Shown here piece by piece: positions 51,227 to 61,373 of a stretch of DNA of 64,000 nt. This stretch comes from Marinoscillum sp. (GTDB lineage Bacteria; Bacteroidota; Bacteroidia; Cytophagales; MED-G16): NCBI GenBank assembly GCA_042095375.1, contig JBELBJ010000006.1, positions 1,169 to 65,168 on the forward strand. The letters run 5' to 3'. The position numbers were made by a program, and so were the translations under genes. The notes below the pieces were generated by a model. The model ran no database searches. It was given only the letters and a program-made list of their open reading frames with translations, and was not told where the DNA came from. The first letter of the stretch is position 1, and each line of letters begins with the position of its first letter.

Positions 51227-51234
51227 TATATTTG
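51227..51234 (+). promoter_or_regulatory. Candidate Bacteroidota-type promoter for rpsU
   Basis: TTTG (51203-51206) - N20 - TATATTTG (51227-51234), 18 nt before the ATG at 51252. Confidence 0.4.
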
Positions 51235-51251
51235 CAACTCAAAAAATTATT

Positions 51252-51443
51252 ATGATAAAAGTTACAGTTAAAGAAAATGAAGATATAAATAGAGCCTTAA
51301 AAAGATTCAAAAAAAAATTTGATAAGGGTCAGGTTTTAAAGACATATAAAAACAAATCTTTTTTTACAAAGCCATCAATCACCCGTAGAGAAGAAGTTTT
51401 AAAAGCTTCCTATAAGCAAAGACTTCAATCAAAAGAACAATAA
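51252..51443 (+). CDS. rpsU: 30S ribosomal protein S21
   Basis: I prefer the internal ATG at 51252, giving MIKVTVKENEDINRALKRFKKK (canonical S21). The track ORF begins at a TTG at 51204. Confidence 0.9.
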   Translation: MIKVTVKENEDINRALKRFKKKFDKGQVLKTYKNKSFFTKPSITRREEVLKASYKQRLQSKEQ

Positions 51444-51474
51444 TTAATTCAAATCAATTATTTTAGTAGTTCGA

Positions 51475-52353
51475 ATGTTTGAACTATTTTTAAAATACTT
51501 AAGATTTGAAAAAAGATATAGCGACCATACAGTTTCAAGTTATAAAATAGACCTAAAACAATTTATAGAATTTATTGAGAAAGAATTTGGGTTAAAAAAA
51601 TTAAATTCAGTTAATCATAAAATTGCTAGATCATGGATAATTAATCTTTCCTCAGAAAATTTAACATCAGCAACAATTAATAGAAAAATAGCTTCTGCCA
51701 AATCATTTTATAAATATTTAATTTCTAGAGAAAAGTTGAATGAAAATCCATTCAAAAATATTTCTCTACTAAAAAAAGAAAAAAAACTGCCAAAGTTTAT
51801 TAAAGAAAAAGATATAAAAGTAATGTTTGATCAATCTAAATTTAAAAATAATTTGATCGATACAAGAAACCTTTTGATTTTAGAATTATTATATGGTACA
51901 GGAATAAGATTATCAGAATTAATTAATTTAAAAATAAAAGATTGTGATTTAAATAAAAATCAAATTAAAGTATTAGGTAAAAGAAATAAAGAAAGAATAA
52001 TCCCTATAAATAAAAATATAAAATCTCAATTAGAAAAATATTTAATTTTGAGGGCACAGAAGGAAATAAAAAACTCTGAATATTTAATAATAACTTCAAA
52101 ATATGAAAAATCATATCCTATGTTTATTTATAGAATTGTTAAGAACAATCTTTCTAAAACCATTAATAGTGAAAAATACAATCCTCACATCCTAAGGCAT
52201 ACATTTGCAACTCATTTAGTGAATAAAGGGGCTAATATAAATGCTGTAAAAGACCTTTTAGGTCATTCAAGTCTTGCTGCAACTCAAATTTATACTCATA
52301 ATTCAATTGAAAAGCTTAAGGAAACTTTTCAAACTTCGCATCCAAAAGCTTAG
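51475..52353 (+). CDS. Tyrosine recombinase, XerC/XerD family
   Basis: SAM-like N-domain and catalytic residues in TGIRLSEL, HILRHTFATHL and LLGHSSLAATQIYTH. The rpsU-adjacent position is the conserved housekeeping context in Bacteroidota. Confidence 0.8.
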   Translation: MFELFLKYLRFEKRYSDHTVSSYKIDLKQFIEFIEKEFGLKKLNSVNHKIARSWIINLSSENLTSATINRKIASAKSFYKYLISREKLNENPFKNISLLKKEKKLPKFIKEKDIKVMFDQSKFKNNLIDTRNLLILELLYGTGIRLSELINLKIKDCDLNKNQIKVLGKRNKERIIPINKNIKSQLEKYLILRAQKEIKNSEYLIITSKYEKSYPMFIYRIVKNNLSKTINSEKYNPHILRHTFATHLVNKGANINAVKDLLGHSSLAATQIYTHNSIEKLKETFQTSHPKA

Positions 52354-52383
52354 AAATAAATCTAATAATTTTAAAATTGGCAA

Positions 52384-53160
52384 TTAAGAAGCTCTGAGAA
52401 AGTCAGTAATTAATAAAAAAAATTCATCTGGAGAATCAACATGAAGCCAATGACCTGAATTTTTAATTTTTTTTATAGAAGCTTTTGGAAAATATTTTTT
52501 AATTTTTACAAAATCAGAATCGAATATATAATCTGATTTTTCCCCTTTAATAAATAAAGTATTTGCATTACAAGTAAATGAATTATCTTTCCAGGAATAT
52601 ATTTCAAGCATTTTTTTTTCTATTAAAGTTATATTTGGTTTCCACATAAAGTTATTTGAATTCACTCTTTTTAAATTTTTTAAAATGAAGTGTCTTACAC
52701 CAGGTTCGGGGATAAAATTTGAAAGATAAGTATCAGCATCAATTCTGCTTTTTATGATATTTAATGGTAATGAAATTACTGACTTTATTAATTCATCAAA
52801 TCTTGATTGAGCTGAATAATCTTTAGGTGCAATGTCTAAAATAATCAAATTTTCTACTAGATGATTATATTTTAATGCAAAAGACATGGCAACTTTACCT
52901 CCCATTGAATGACCCATTATATTCACAGATGATAATTTATTAGAATTTATAAATTCATAAATATCATCAGATAACAAGTCGTAATTTATGTCTGAGCTAT
53001 GTGGGGAATTTCCATGGTTCATTTGGTCCAGAATATAAACATGAAAAAAATCTGATAACTTTTTTCCATGAAAAATCCAATTGTCTGAACAGCCTAAAAG
53101 GCCATGTAAAATAATTAATGGTTTACCTGAACCAAACTCTCTAAAAAAAAGATTACTCAT
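52384..53160 (-). CDS. Alpha/beta hydrolase
   Basis: HGLLG oxyanion region and nucleophile elbow GHSMGG. An 8-nt overlap links it to pdxJ. Confidence 0.8.
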   Translation of the reverse strand: MSNLFFREFGSGKPLIILHGLLGCSDNWIFHGKKLSDFFHVYILDQMNHGNSPHSSDINYDLLSDDIYEFINSNKLSSVNIMGHSMGGKVAMSFALKYNHLVENLIILDIAPKDYSAQSRFDELIKSVISLPLNIIKSRIDADTYLSNFIPEPGVRHFILKNLKRVNSNNFMWKPNITLIEKKMLEIYSWKDNSFTCNANTLFIKGEKSDYIFDSDFVKIKKYFPKASIKKIKNSGHWLHVDSPDEFFLLITDFLRAS

Positions 53161-53875
53161 AATTTAATTTTGATAAATACTTTTTGATTGTATTTTCAAT
53201 TCCATAGTAAATGGAATCAGAAATTAATGCATGACCAATAGAAACTTCAAATAGAAAAGATATTTTAGATTTAAAATACTTTAAATTATCTAGATTTAGA
53301 TCATGCCCTGCATTAACATCCATATTTAATTCTTTCGCTTTTAGAGAAGCATTTAAATACTTTTTAATGGAATTAGTTTTATCTGATAAATAATCTGAAG
53401 AATAATCTCCAGTATATAATTCTATTCTATCGGCACCACAATCAAAAGCTCCCTCAACATACTCTATTTCCGGATTAATAAATACAGAAACTTTAGTGCC
53501 AAATGATTTTAAATTTTTAATAACTTCTCTCAAAAATGATTTGTTTTTAACTGTGTCCCATCCTTGATCTGATGTAATGACATCATGGGTGTCAGGAACA
53601 AGGGTTGCTTGTTCAGGTTTAATGTCAGATATAATTTTAATAAACCTTTCATCAGGATATCCTTCAATATTGTAATTGGTTTTTACTACTTTAGAAATTT
53701 CATAAGTATCTTTTAAAGTAATATGTCTTTCATCTGGTCTAGGATGGACAGTTATTCCATGAATACCAAATTTTTGAATATCATTTACAAATTGATATAA
53801 ATTTGGGATATTTCCACCTCTAGCATTTCTTAAAGTTGCAATTTTATTAACATTAACACTTAACCTTGTTTTCAT
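53153..53875 (-). CDS. pdxJ: Pyridoxine 5'-phosphate synthase
   Basis: LSVNVNKIATLRNARGG and GITVHPRPDERHI match the PdxJ pattern. Confidence 0.9.
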   Translation of the reverse strand: MKTRLSVNVNKIATLRNARGGNIPNLYQFVNDIQKFGIHGITVHPRPDERHITLKDTYEISKVVKTNYNIEGYPDERFIKIISDIKPEQATLVPDTHDVITSDQGWDTVKNKSFLREVIKNLKSFGTKVSVFINPEIEYVEGAFDCGADRIELYTGDYSSDYLSDKTNSIKKYLNASLKAKELNMDVNAGHDLNLDNLKYFKSKISFLFEVSIGHALISDSIYYGIENTIKKYLSKLNYE

Positions 53876-53909
53876 TTAACTAAATTTGAGATAAAATTAA
53901 ATATTTGTT

Positions 53910-54359
53910 ATGAGTCTCAAAGAAATAATAGATAAAGAAATAAAAAATGCAATGTTAAATCAAAATAAAATAAGATTAAATGCTTTAAGGGCAATTAAAT
54001 CTTCTATTTTACTTCACGAAAAAAGTGAAAACGGCAATGATACATTGACTAAGGAAAAAGAAATGCAAATTCTAATGAAAAATGTTAAACAAAGAAATGA
54101 TTCTAAAGCATTGTATATAAAACAAGGCCGAAAAGATTTAGCAAAAATAGAGGATGATGAAATAAAAATCATTTCTGAATTTTTACCTAATCAAATGAGT
54201 GATAAAGAGATCCATATAGAAATTGAAAAAATTATTAAAGAAAATGATGCAGCCAATATAAAAGATATGGGGAAAATTATGGGCATTGCTTCTAAAAAGT
54301 TTTCTGGACAAGCTGATAATAGCTTAATTGCCAGTATTGTGAAATCTAAATTAACATAG
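53910..54359 (+). CDS. GatB/YqeY domain protein
   Basis: 149 aa with the N-terminal pattern I.KEIKNAM...LNALRAIKS. A TAAATTTG box lies at 53881-53888. Confidence 0.8.
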   Translation: MSLKEIIDKEIKNAMLNQNKIRLNALRAIKSSILLHEKSENGNDTLTKEKEMQILMKNVKQRNDSKALYIKQGRKDLAKIEDDEIKIISEFLPNQMSDKEIHIEIEKIIKENDAANIKDMGKIMGIASKKFSGQADNSLIASIVKSKLT

Positions 54360-54360
54360 T

Positions 54361-54900
54361 TTGAACTTATTAGATGTAATTGCAACATTAATAATTTTAT
54401 ATGGGGCATACAAAGGATATAAAAAAGGGTTTTTTATATCCTTGATGGGTTTCTTATCTCTATATCTTAGTTTAATTATTGGGATAAAATATCATCATAT
54501 TTTAATTTTGATAATTAAAAAAACACCTATCAATATTGATGATAATGCTCTAATTGTTGTTTCAATAATTACAAGTTTTTTATTGAGTTTTATAATAATT
54601 TTTCAGTTATCAAAGTTTTTGAAATACATTTTAGATTTGACTTTAATTGGGTTATTAGATGATTTAGGGGGTGCATTCTTAGGATCTTTGATTTGTGGAT
54701 TTATGCTAAGTTTTTTATTTAATATTTTAGACTGGTTAAATATTGAATTACTATCTAATGAAATCAATAATTCAATTTTATACCCAATAATTAAGGAAAT
54801 TCAACCTATATTAACTGAATATATATTATTGGCTATTAATATAGCTCCAGAGTTTTGGGATTTAATTAAAAATATTGAAGAAAATAAATCATTTACTTAA
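54361..54900 (+). CDS. CvpA family membrane protein
   Basis: NLLDVIATLIILYGAYKGYKKGF N-terminus and four TM segments. TTG start. Confidence 0.6.
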   Translation: MNLLDVIATLIILYGAYKGYKKGFFISLMGFLSLYLSLIIGIKYHHILILIIKKTPINIDDNALIVVSIITSFLLSFIIIFQLSKFLKYILDLTLIGLLDDLGGAFLGSLICGFMLSFLFNILDWLNIELLSNEINNSILYPIIKEIQPILTEYILLAINIAPEFWDLIKNIEENKSFT

Positions 54901-54911
54901 TTTCAAATAAA

Positions 54912-55637
54912 ATGAAGACTAAGTGTATAGATAAAGGAAAAGGAAAAGTTATTCTTCTTATTCATGGGCTTTTTGGTGCATTAAGTAATTGGAAAACAGT
55001 GATTAATGAATTATCAAAAAATTATAGAGTAATAGTGCCAAAACTTCCAATTATAGAAGTTGATCCATCTAAAGCTTCTATCTCTGGACTATCTGAGTTT
55101 ATTAGAAATTTTATTTCTTTAAAAAAATTAAAAAATATATCAATTATTGGAAATTCTCTGGGAGGTCACTTAGCATTAGATTATGTAATAAATTATCAAA
55201 AAAATGTAAGTAATTTAATTTTAACAGGTAGCTCTGGTTTATTTGAAAATTCATTCGGGGGCTCTTTTCCTAAAAGAGGAGATTACAATTACATTAATGA
55301 AAGGGTTAATTATACATTTTTTAATCCTAAAATTTTATCGAAAAAATATATTCAAGAAATATATGATACTTTAAACGACAATGATAAATGTTTAAATATT
55401 ATCAAATTAGCAAGATCTGCTCAAAGAAATAATATGTCAAAATTATTACACAAAATAACATCTCCTACTCTATTAGTTTGGGGACTTAATGATACCATTA
55501 CCCCCCCATCTGTTGCACATGAATTTAATAGATTAATTAAAAACTCAAAAATAAAGTTTATAGATAATTGTTGCCATGCCCCAATGATGGAACATCCAAA
55601 ATTATTTAATAAATATATTGTTGATTTTTTAAAATAG
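54912..55637 (+). CDS. Alpha/beta hydrolase
   Basis: LIHGLFG and nucleophile elbow GNSLGG, with a C-terminal catalytic His context (CCHAPMMEHP). Confidence 0.8.
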   Translation: MKTKCIDKGKGKVILLIHGLFGALSNWKTVINELSKNYRVIVPKLPIIEVDPSKASISGLSEFIRNFISLKKLKNISIIGNSLGGHLALDYVINYQKNVSNLILTGSSGLFENSFGGSFPKRGDYNYINERVNYTFFNPKILSKKYIQEIYDTLNDNDKCLNIIKLARSAQRNNMSKLLHKITSPTLLVWGLNDTITPPSVAHEFNRLIKNSKIKFIDNCCHAPMMEHPKLFNKYIVDFLK

Positions 55638-55642
55638 TCAAG

Positions 55643-56518
55643 ATGAATATCGCTTTACACGGAAAAAACTTAAACAATAAAAAATTATTAATACTTGAAG
55701 CAATCATTAAAAATATAAAATCTAATAATATCAACGTATTTACCTCAAAAGAATTAAAAGAAAACCTTACTAAAAAAAAATCTATTTTAAGAAAAATTGA
55801 AAGTTATAATTTAAATAAATTAAAAGAATGTAAATATATTTTCAGTTTTGGAGGTGATGGAACTTTATTAGATACTGTAACACATATATATAATTTATCT
55901 ATACCGATTTTAGGAATAAACATTGGTAAATTAGGTTTTTTATCAATATTTGACATAAAACAAATTGATAAAACCATAAAAATGATTAAAAAAAATGAGT
56001 TAAATATTGATAAAAGATCTCTCATTACAGTTAACTCAAATAAAAAAAATATTTTTTCTCCATATAATTTTGCCTTAAATGAGTTTACAGTAGTTAAAAA
56101 AGATTCTTCATCAATGCTAACAATAAAATGTTTCGTGAATGATGAATTATTAAATACTTATTGGGCTGATGGATTAATTATAGCTAGTCCAACAGGATCA
56201 ACAGGTTATTCTTTATCATGCGGGGGCCCAATTGTATCTCCTGACAATGAAAGTTTTATAATTACACCTATAAGCCCACATAACTTAAGTGTGAGATCTT
56301 TAATTGTTTCAAATAAATCAAAAATTCAATTAAAAATTGAGAGCAATGGATATAATTTTTTAACTTCTCTTGACTCAAGATCATATACATGTAAAAGTGA
56401 AACTGAAATTACAATAATGAATTCAAAATTTAAAGTATCACTTGCTAAAGTAAGAGATTATTCCTTCTTTAATACCCTTAGGGGAAAACTCAATTGGGGA
56501 TATGATTTAAGAAATTAA
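55643..56518 (+). CDS. nadK: NAD kinase
   Basis: GGDGTLLDT motif, and the ASPTGSTGYSLSCGGPIV motif. Confidence 0.9.
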   Translation: MNIALHGKNLNNKKLLILEAIIKNIKSNNINVFTSKELKENLTKKKSILRKIESYNLNKLKECKYIFSFGGDGTLLDTVTHIYNLSIPILGINIGKLGFLSIFDIKQIDKTIKMIKKNELNIDKRSLITVNSNKKNIFSPYNFALNEFTVVKKDSSSMLTIKCFVNDELLNTYWADGLIIASPTGSTGYSLSCGGPIVSPDNESFIITPISPHNLSVRSLIVSNKSKIQLKIESNGYNFLTSLDSRSYTCKSETEITIMNSKFKVSLAKVRDYSFFNTLRGKLNWGYDLRN

Positions 56519-56553
56519 ATAATATTTAGATTTTTTTTCGTTAATCATTAAGT

Positions 56554-57267
56554 ATGAAATTTTTTAATACCAAAGTTTATATTATTGTTTTTCTTTTTCT
56601 GTTTTTAAATAGTAAGGTTCTATCTCAATTTCTTGAGCCTGGAATTGGATTAGGACTAGTATCTTATTCAGGTGATTTAAAAAGAGGTTATTCTTTAAGT
56701 TCTGCCTCTATAGGTTTAGAACTATTCCAAAGGTTGAATTTAAGTAAACACATATCGGTAAAGGGAGGAATTAAAAGAGGTTCTATTAAAGGAAATGAGA
56801 AGATTCTAGATGCTCTTTCAAAAAGACGAAATTATTCATTTAAAAGCAAAGTCACTGAATTTTCATCTAAAGTTGAATATAATTTTCTTGATTATTTTGA
56901 TGAGACTGGTAAAAAAAATTTTACACCTTATCTTTTTTTTGGAATGGGAATTAATATGTTGAAAAACATCGAAAAAAATAATATAAAAGTTTCAGGAAAA
57001 AACAACTTAAATTTAATTTTTCCATTTGGTTTAGGTTTTAAATACTTATATAAAAATAGATTTTCTTTAGCGCTAGAGTTTGAAATTAAAAAGACTCTTA
57101 CTGATGAAATTGATATTCTAGAAAACAATGAATCATTAGTAAAAAACTTTCAATATGGAAATCCAAAAAGTAATGATTTTTATTATTTTACCGGCTTCAC
57201 TATTAGCTATATTTTATATACTATACCTTGTCCTCAAAATTCAGCACCATCAAATAATATTTATTAA
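56554..57267 (+). CDS. Outer-membrane beta-barrel protein (DUF6089-like)
   Basis: Signal peptide, alternating beta-strand pattern, and the conserved position between nadK and uppS in Flavobacteriia. Confidence 0.55.
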   Translation: MKFFNTKVYIIVFLFLFLNSKVLSQFLEPGIGLGLVSYSGDLKRGYSLSSASIGLELFQRLNLSKHISVKGGIKRGSIKGNEKILDALSKRRNYSFKSKVTEFSSKVEYNFLDYFDETGKKNFTPYLFFGMGINMLKNIEKNNIKVSGKNNLNLIFPFGLGFKYLYKNRFSLALEFEIKKTLTDEIDILENNESLVKNFQYGNPKSNDFYYFTGFTISYILYTIPCPQNSAPSNNIY

Positions 57268-57306
57268 TTTCAGTTATTATTAATATAATTTAAGAACTTT
57301 GTTTAA

Positions 57307-58005
57307 ATGAACGATAAGCTTAAAAAAATTCCTAATCATATTGCAATAATTATGGACGGTAACGGTAGGTGGGCAAGATCAAAAGGAAAAGATAGAATTT
57401 ATGGACATAATAATGCAAAAAAAGCAATTAGAGAATCTATTGAAATATGTTCAGAATTAAAGGTACAATGCTTATCATTATTTACTTTTTCAACAGAAAA
57501 TTGGAATAGACCTTCAATTGAGACAAAAGCACTAATAAAATTGATTGAAAAAGTAATGAAAGAAGAATTAAATGATTTAATTAAAAACAACATAAAAATA
57601 AAAGTTATTGGTGATCTATCTAAGTTTTCATCAACAACAAAGAATACTTTTTTAGATGGAATAAGTAAAACAAAAAACAATACAGGATTAAATCTCGTTC
57701 TAGCAATAAATTATAGTGGTAAATGGGATATAATTAATGCAATAAAAGAAATAAAAACAAAAGAAAATGATTTTAAAAGATTAGAGGAAAAATTTCAATC
57801 CTATCTATCAACAAATGATATTCCAGACCCAGAATTAATTGTAAGAACGGGTGGTGAAAAAAGAATTAGTAACTTTTATTTATGGCAGGCTGCTTATTCA
57901 GAATTTATTTTTGTTAAGATTTTTTGGCCTGATTTTAGAAAAAAAGATTTAAATAATGCTATTTTCGAGTTTCAAAAAAGAAAAAGAAGATTTGGAGGAT
58001 TATAA
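57307..58005 (+). CDS. uppS: Undecaprenyl diphosphate synthase (cis-prenyltransferase)
   Basis: HIAIIMDGNGRWA and RTGGEKRISNFYLWQAAYSEF motifs. Confidence 0.95.
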   Translation: MNDKLKKIPNHIAIIMDGNGRWARSKGKDRIYGHNNAKKAIRESIEICSELKVQCLSLFTFSTENWNRPSIETKALIKLIEKVMKEELNDLIKNNIKIKVIGDLSKFSSTTKNTFLDGISKTKNNTGLNLVLAINYSGKWDIINAIKEIKTKENDFKRLEEKFQSYLSTNDIPDPELIVRTGGEKRISNFYLWQAAYSEFIFVKIFWPDFRKKDLNNAIFEFQKRKRRFGGL

Positions 58006-58006
58006 A

Positions 58007-60820
58007 ATGAATACAAGAATCTATTTATCTATAATGTTATTGGTTCTTATAAGTACAAAAAACTTATATAGTCAAATATCATATAAATTAAATCAAGATC
58101 AGGAGAATCAAATTATAGTCAATTATTCTAATCCAAAAACTTATGAAATAGGAAATATTGATGTTTTAGGATCGAAATATTTAGATAAAATAGCATTAAT
58201 TTCAATATCGGGATTAAAAAAAGGAGATCAAATAACAATTCCTGGAGATGCAATATCAGGTGCAATTAAAAAATTATGGAAACAAGGAATAATTGGAGAT
58301 ATTCAAATATATGCTACAAAAATTGAAGGAAATAAAGTTGATTTAATTATTAGTCTCTCTGAGAGAGCAAGACTTAGTAAATTTAAAATTGAAGGCTTAG
58401 GAAAATCAAATACTACAACCTTAAATGAAAAAATTAATTTAATTAGAGGTAGGATAGTAACAGATGCGGTTCTTAAAAACACAAAAAATATAATAAAAAA
58501 ATATTTAGATAATAAGGGTTTTACAAATGCTTCAATATCTATAAAACAAGAAACCGATACTATTTTATCAAATAGTATTCGTCTATTAATCAGTGTAAAT
58601 AAAAAACAGAAAGTAAAAATTAATAATATTAATTTTGTTGGAAAAACTATTTTTTCAGATGCAAAGCTTAAGGGTAAATTAAAAAAAACAGGAGAAAAGC
58701 CTAGGGTAGGTCTTTTCAAATCAATTTTCTTAAACTCCATTGAGCTTATTAAGCCAAGAAATTTATTTCAAAATAAAAAAGGATTGAGCCTAATTTCATT
58801 TAATAAATATATGACTGAAAATTTAAAAATAAACATTTTTAAATCAAGCAAATTTATAACTTCAGAGTATAGAAATGATAAAGAAAATTTGATAAAATTT
58901 TATCAATCTAAAGGATATAGAGATATAAAAATAATAAGTGATTCTACTTTCTTTGATAAAGATAACCTTATAAATATTAGCCTTAAATTAAATCCAGGAA
59001 ATAAATATTACTTTAGAAATATAACCTGGGCAGGAAATTACATATACAATGATAATACACTTAATGAAGTCCTAGCAATAGATAAAGGAGATATTTATGA
59101 TACAGAAACTCTTGAAAAAAAAATAACATACAATCCAAAAGGTGAAGATGTTTCTTCTCTATATCAAGACAACGGTTATTTATTCTCAAATATCCAGCCT
59201 ATTGAAATATCTATTGAAAATGATTCTGTCGATATTGAAATGAGAATATATGAAGGAGCTCAAGCATCAATAGATAAAGTAACAGTAGTAGGAAATGATA
59301 GAACAAGTGATCATGTAATTATGCGTGAGCTTAGAACTATTCCAGGACAAAAATATAATAGATCAGAACTAATCAGAACTCAAAGAGAATTGTCTCAACT
59401 TGGTTATTTTGACCCAGAAACTATTGCTCCTGTTCCAACCCCTAACCCTGCTAAAGAAACAGTAGACATTAGGTGGGAGGTTGAAGAAAAACCTAGTGAC
59501 CAGGTTGAGCTTTCTGGTGGATGGGGAGGTTATTTTGGGTTTGTGGGAACAGTTGGTTTAAGTTTTAGTAATTTTTCAATCAAAAATATTACGGATTTTA
59601 GCAAATGGAAACCTCTTCCTGTTGGAGATGGTCAAAAATTATCTATTAGAGTTCAAGCTAATGGGAGACAATTTCAATCCTATTCTTTTAGTTTTTCAGA
59701 ACCATGGTTTGGTGGAAGAAAACCTAATAATTTTGGTATTAACTATAGTTATTCAATAAATAGAATGTTGGATTTTTATGGAAGCGGCTACCCATATGGT
59801 GGTGGTGGTGGATATGGAGGATATGGAGGATATGGGGGATATGGCGGGGGATATGGCGGAGGATATGGGGGATATGGCGGAGGATATGGCGGAGGATATG
59901 GCGGATACGGTTTAGGTGGTGGATATGGCTCATCCAAAGATAGTAAGGTAATAGGTGCTATGAAGATTCACGCTGTAACTTTAAGTCTTGGTAGAAGAAT
60001 AACATGGCCTGATGACTTTTTTATAATATCTAATTCATTAGTCTATTATAGATATGATTTATTCAATTTTGGACAATCTCTTGGCTTTAATACTGGAATT
60101 ACAAATACAATAGCATTTAAAACTAATATCTCTAGAAATAGTATAGATAATCCAATGTTTCCAAGAAGAGGATCTTCTTTTTCTTTAGATGTTGCAATTA
60201 CTCCACCATATTCCTCTTGGAATGATCTTGATTATGAGACTGCAGAACCAAAAGAAAAATATAAATGGGCAGAATACCATAAGTGGATGTTTGATGCAAA
60301 ATTTTATACTTCAATAATTGGAAATTTGGTTCTAGAATCTAGAGCACATATAGGTTTCATTGGGGCTTTTGGAGATGAAAGTAAAATTGGCCCTTTTGAA
60401 AGGTTTTATCTTGGAGGAGATGGCTTATCTGGATCATATAGTAATTTCCTTTTAGGAACAGAAAGGGTTGCGTTAAGAGGTTATGAAAATAATTCACTTG
60501 TGCCAATAGATTCAGAAAGAAATATTCAAGGAGGAACAATATATAATAAATATGTTTTTGAATTACGTCATCCTATTTCCTTAAATCCAACTGCTACAAT
60601 CTACGGTTCAACATTTGTTGAAGCAGGTAACAATTGGAATTCACAATCAGAGTTTAATCCTTTTAATTTATATAGGTCCGCTGGTGTTGGTGTTAGAATA
60701 TTTATGCCTGCATTTGGTTTATTGGGTATAGATTGGGCTTATGGATTTGATAAATTGCCAGGCCAATTGACCCGATCTGGTCCACAGTTTCATTTCTCAA
60801 TTGGTCAACAATTAAGATAA
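58007..60820 (+). CDS. bamA: Outer membrane protein assembly factor BamA, with Gly/Tyr-rich insertion
   Basis: I prefer the ATG at 58007 (MNTRIYLSIMLLVLISTKNLYSQ, a signal peptide). POTRA repeats are followed by an Omp85 barrel (RFYLGG, final strands ...GPQFHFSIGQQLR). The gene follows uppS as in other bacteria. Confidence 0.9.
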   Translation: MNTRIYLSIMLLVLISTKNLYSQISYKLNQDQENQIIVNYSNPKTYEIGNIDVLGSKYLDKIALISISGLKKGDQITIPGDAISGAIKKLWKQGIIGDIQIYATKIEGNKVDLIISLSERARLSKFKIEGLGKSNTTTLNEKINLIRGRIVTDAVLKNTKNIIKKYLDNKGFTNASISIKQETDTILSNSIRLLISVNKKQKVKINNINFVGKTIFSDAKLKGKLKKTGEKPRVGLFKSIFLNSIELIKPRNLFQNKKGLSLISFNKYMTENLKINIFKSSKFITSEYRNDKENLIKFYQSKGYRDIKIISDSTFFDKDNLINISLKLNPGNKYYFRNITWAGNYIYNDNTLNEVLAIDKGDIYDTETLEKKITYNPKGEDVSSLYQDNGYLFSNIQPIEISIENDSVDIEMRIYEGAQASIDKVTVVGNDRTSDHVIMRELRTIPGQKYNRSELIRTQRELSQLGYFDPETIAPVPTPNPAKETVDIRWEVEEKPSDQVELSGGWGGYFGFVGTVGLSFSNFSIKNITDFSKWKPLPVGDGQKLSIRVQANGRQFQSYSFSFSEPWFGGRKPNNFGINYSYSINRMLDFYGSGYPYGGGGGYGGYGGYGGYGGGYGGGYGGYGGGYGGGYGGYGLGGGYGSSKDSKVIGAMKIHAVTLSLGRRITWPDDFFIISNSLVYYRYDLFNFGQSLGFNTGITNTIAFKTNISRNSIDNPMFPRRGSSFSLDVAITPPYSSWNDLDYETAEPKEKYKWAEYHKWMFDAKFYTSIIGNLVLESRAHIGFIGAFGDESKIGPFERFYLGGDGLSGSYSNFLLGTERVALRGYENNSLVPIDSERNIQGGTIYNKYVFELRHPISLNPTATIYGSTFVEAGNNWNSQSEFNPFNLYRSAGVGVRIFMPAFGLLGIDWAYGFDKLPGQLTRSGPQFHFSIGQQLR
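59781..59930 (+). repeat. Tandem 9/12-nt repeats (gga gga tat / ggc gga gga tat) encoding GGY/GGGY units inside bamA
   Basis: Read directly from the sequence. It translates to GSGYPYGGGGGYGGYGGYGGYGGGYGGGYGGYGGGYGGGYGGYGLGGGYGS. Confidence 0.95.
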
Positions 60821-60822
60821 TC

Positions 60823-61350
60823 ATGCCATATAAAGTTTTTATATTAATTTTTAGTTTCTTATTAAATAATAACTCTTTATTTAGTCAAAAATTTGGGTAC
60901 GTTAATACAGATTTTATTTTAAATCAAATGAAAGAATATCAAGATGCATTAAGTGAAATAAATTCTATCTCAAAATCCTGGGAAAATGAAATTAATGATA
61001 TGTATAAATTAGCTGAGAAAAAAGAAATTTCATTAAAAGCTGAAAAAATTTTATTAACGGAAGAGATGTATAATGAAAAAAGAAAAATAATTGATGATGA
61101 ATGGAGTGAAATTAAAAATTATCAACAAAAAATATTTGGATTAGAGGGCTTATTTTTTTTAAAGAAAAAAGAACTTATTGAACCAATTCAAGATATAGTT
61201 TTCGAGTCAATTGAAAGAGTTGCAAAAAAAAATAGATTACAAATAGTATTTGATAAATCAAGTGGTCCAGTTTTATTATATACTAATCCAATTCACGATT
61301 ATACTGATTATGTTTTAGAAGATTTAGGACTAACTGAAAAAAATAATTAG
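60823..61350 (+). CDS. OmpH/Skp family periplasmic chaperone
   Basis: Signal peptide, FGYVNTDFIL start of the mature protein, coiled-coil body, and a position after bamA. Confidence 0.75.
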   Translation: MPYKVFILIFSFLLNNNSLFSQKFGYVNTDFILNQMKEYQDALSEINSISKSWENEINDMYKLAEKKEISLKAEKILLTEEMYNEKRKIIDDEWSEIKNYQQKIFGLEGLFFLKKKELIEPIQDIVFESIERVAKKNRLQIVFDKSSGPVLLYTNPIHDYTDYVLEDLGLTEKNN

Positions 61351-61373
61351 TTTTGTCCACTAAATTTAATTTT

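Noticed and set aside
51475-52353. Tyrosine recombinase as a marker of a mobile element
   Set aside because: The XerC/D-like size and motifs, and the conserved rpsU-adjacent housekeeping position in Bacteroidota, argue against it. I saw no flanking repeats, cargo genes or compositional break.
21261-58740. Other long antisense or alternate-frame ORFs from the track (21261-21638, 36397-36795, 37575-37946, 58303-58740, and all 60-100-aa ORFs nested in larger genes)
   Set aside because: All lie inside genes with strong family motifs on the other strand or frame. Their translations are S/F/L/I-rich, as expected for the complement of K/E/N-rich AT-biased coding sequence.
59739-59933. 64-aa His-rich reverse-strand ORF (HILRHIP repeats) inside bamA
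   Set aside because: It is an antisense reading of the GGY/GGGY repeat. It is too short, has no start context, and lies wholly inside a well-supported essential gene.
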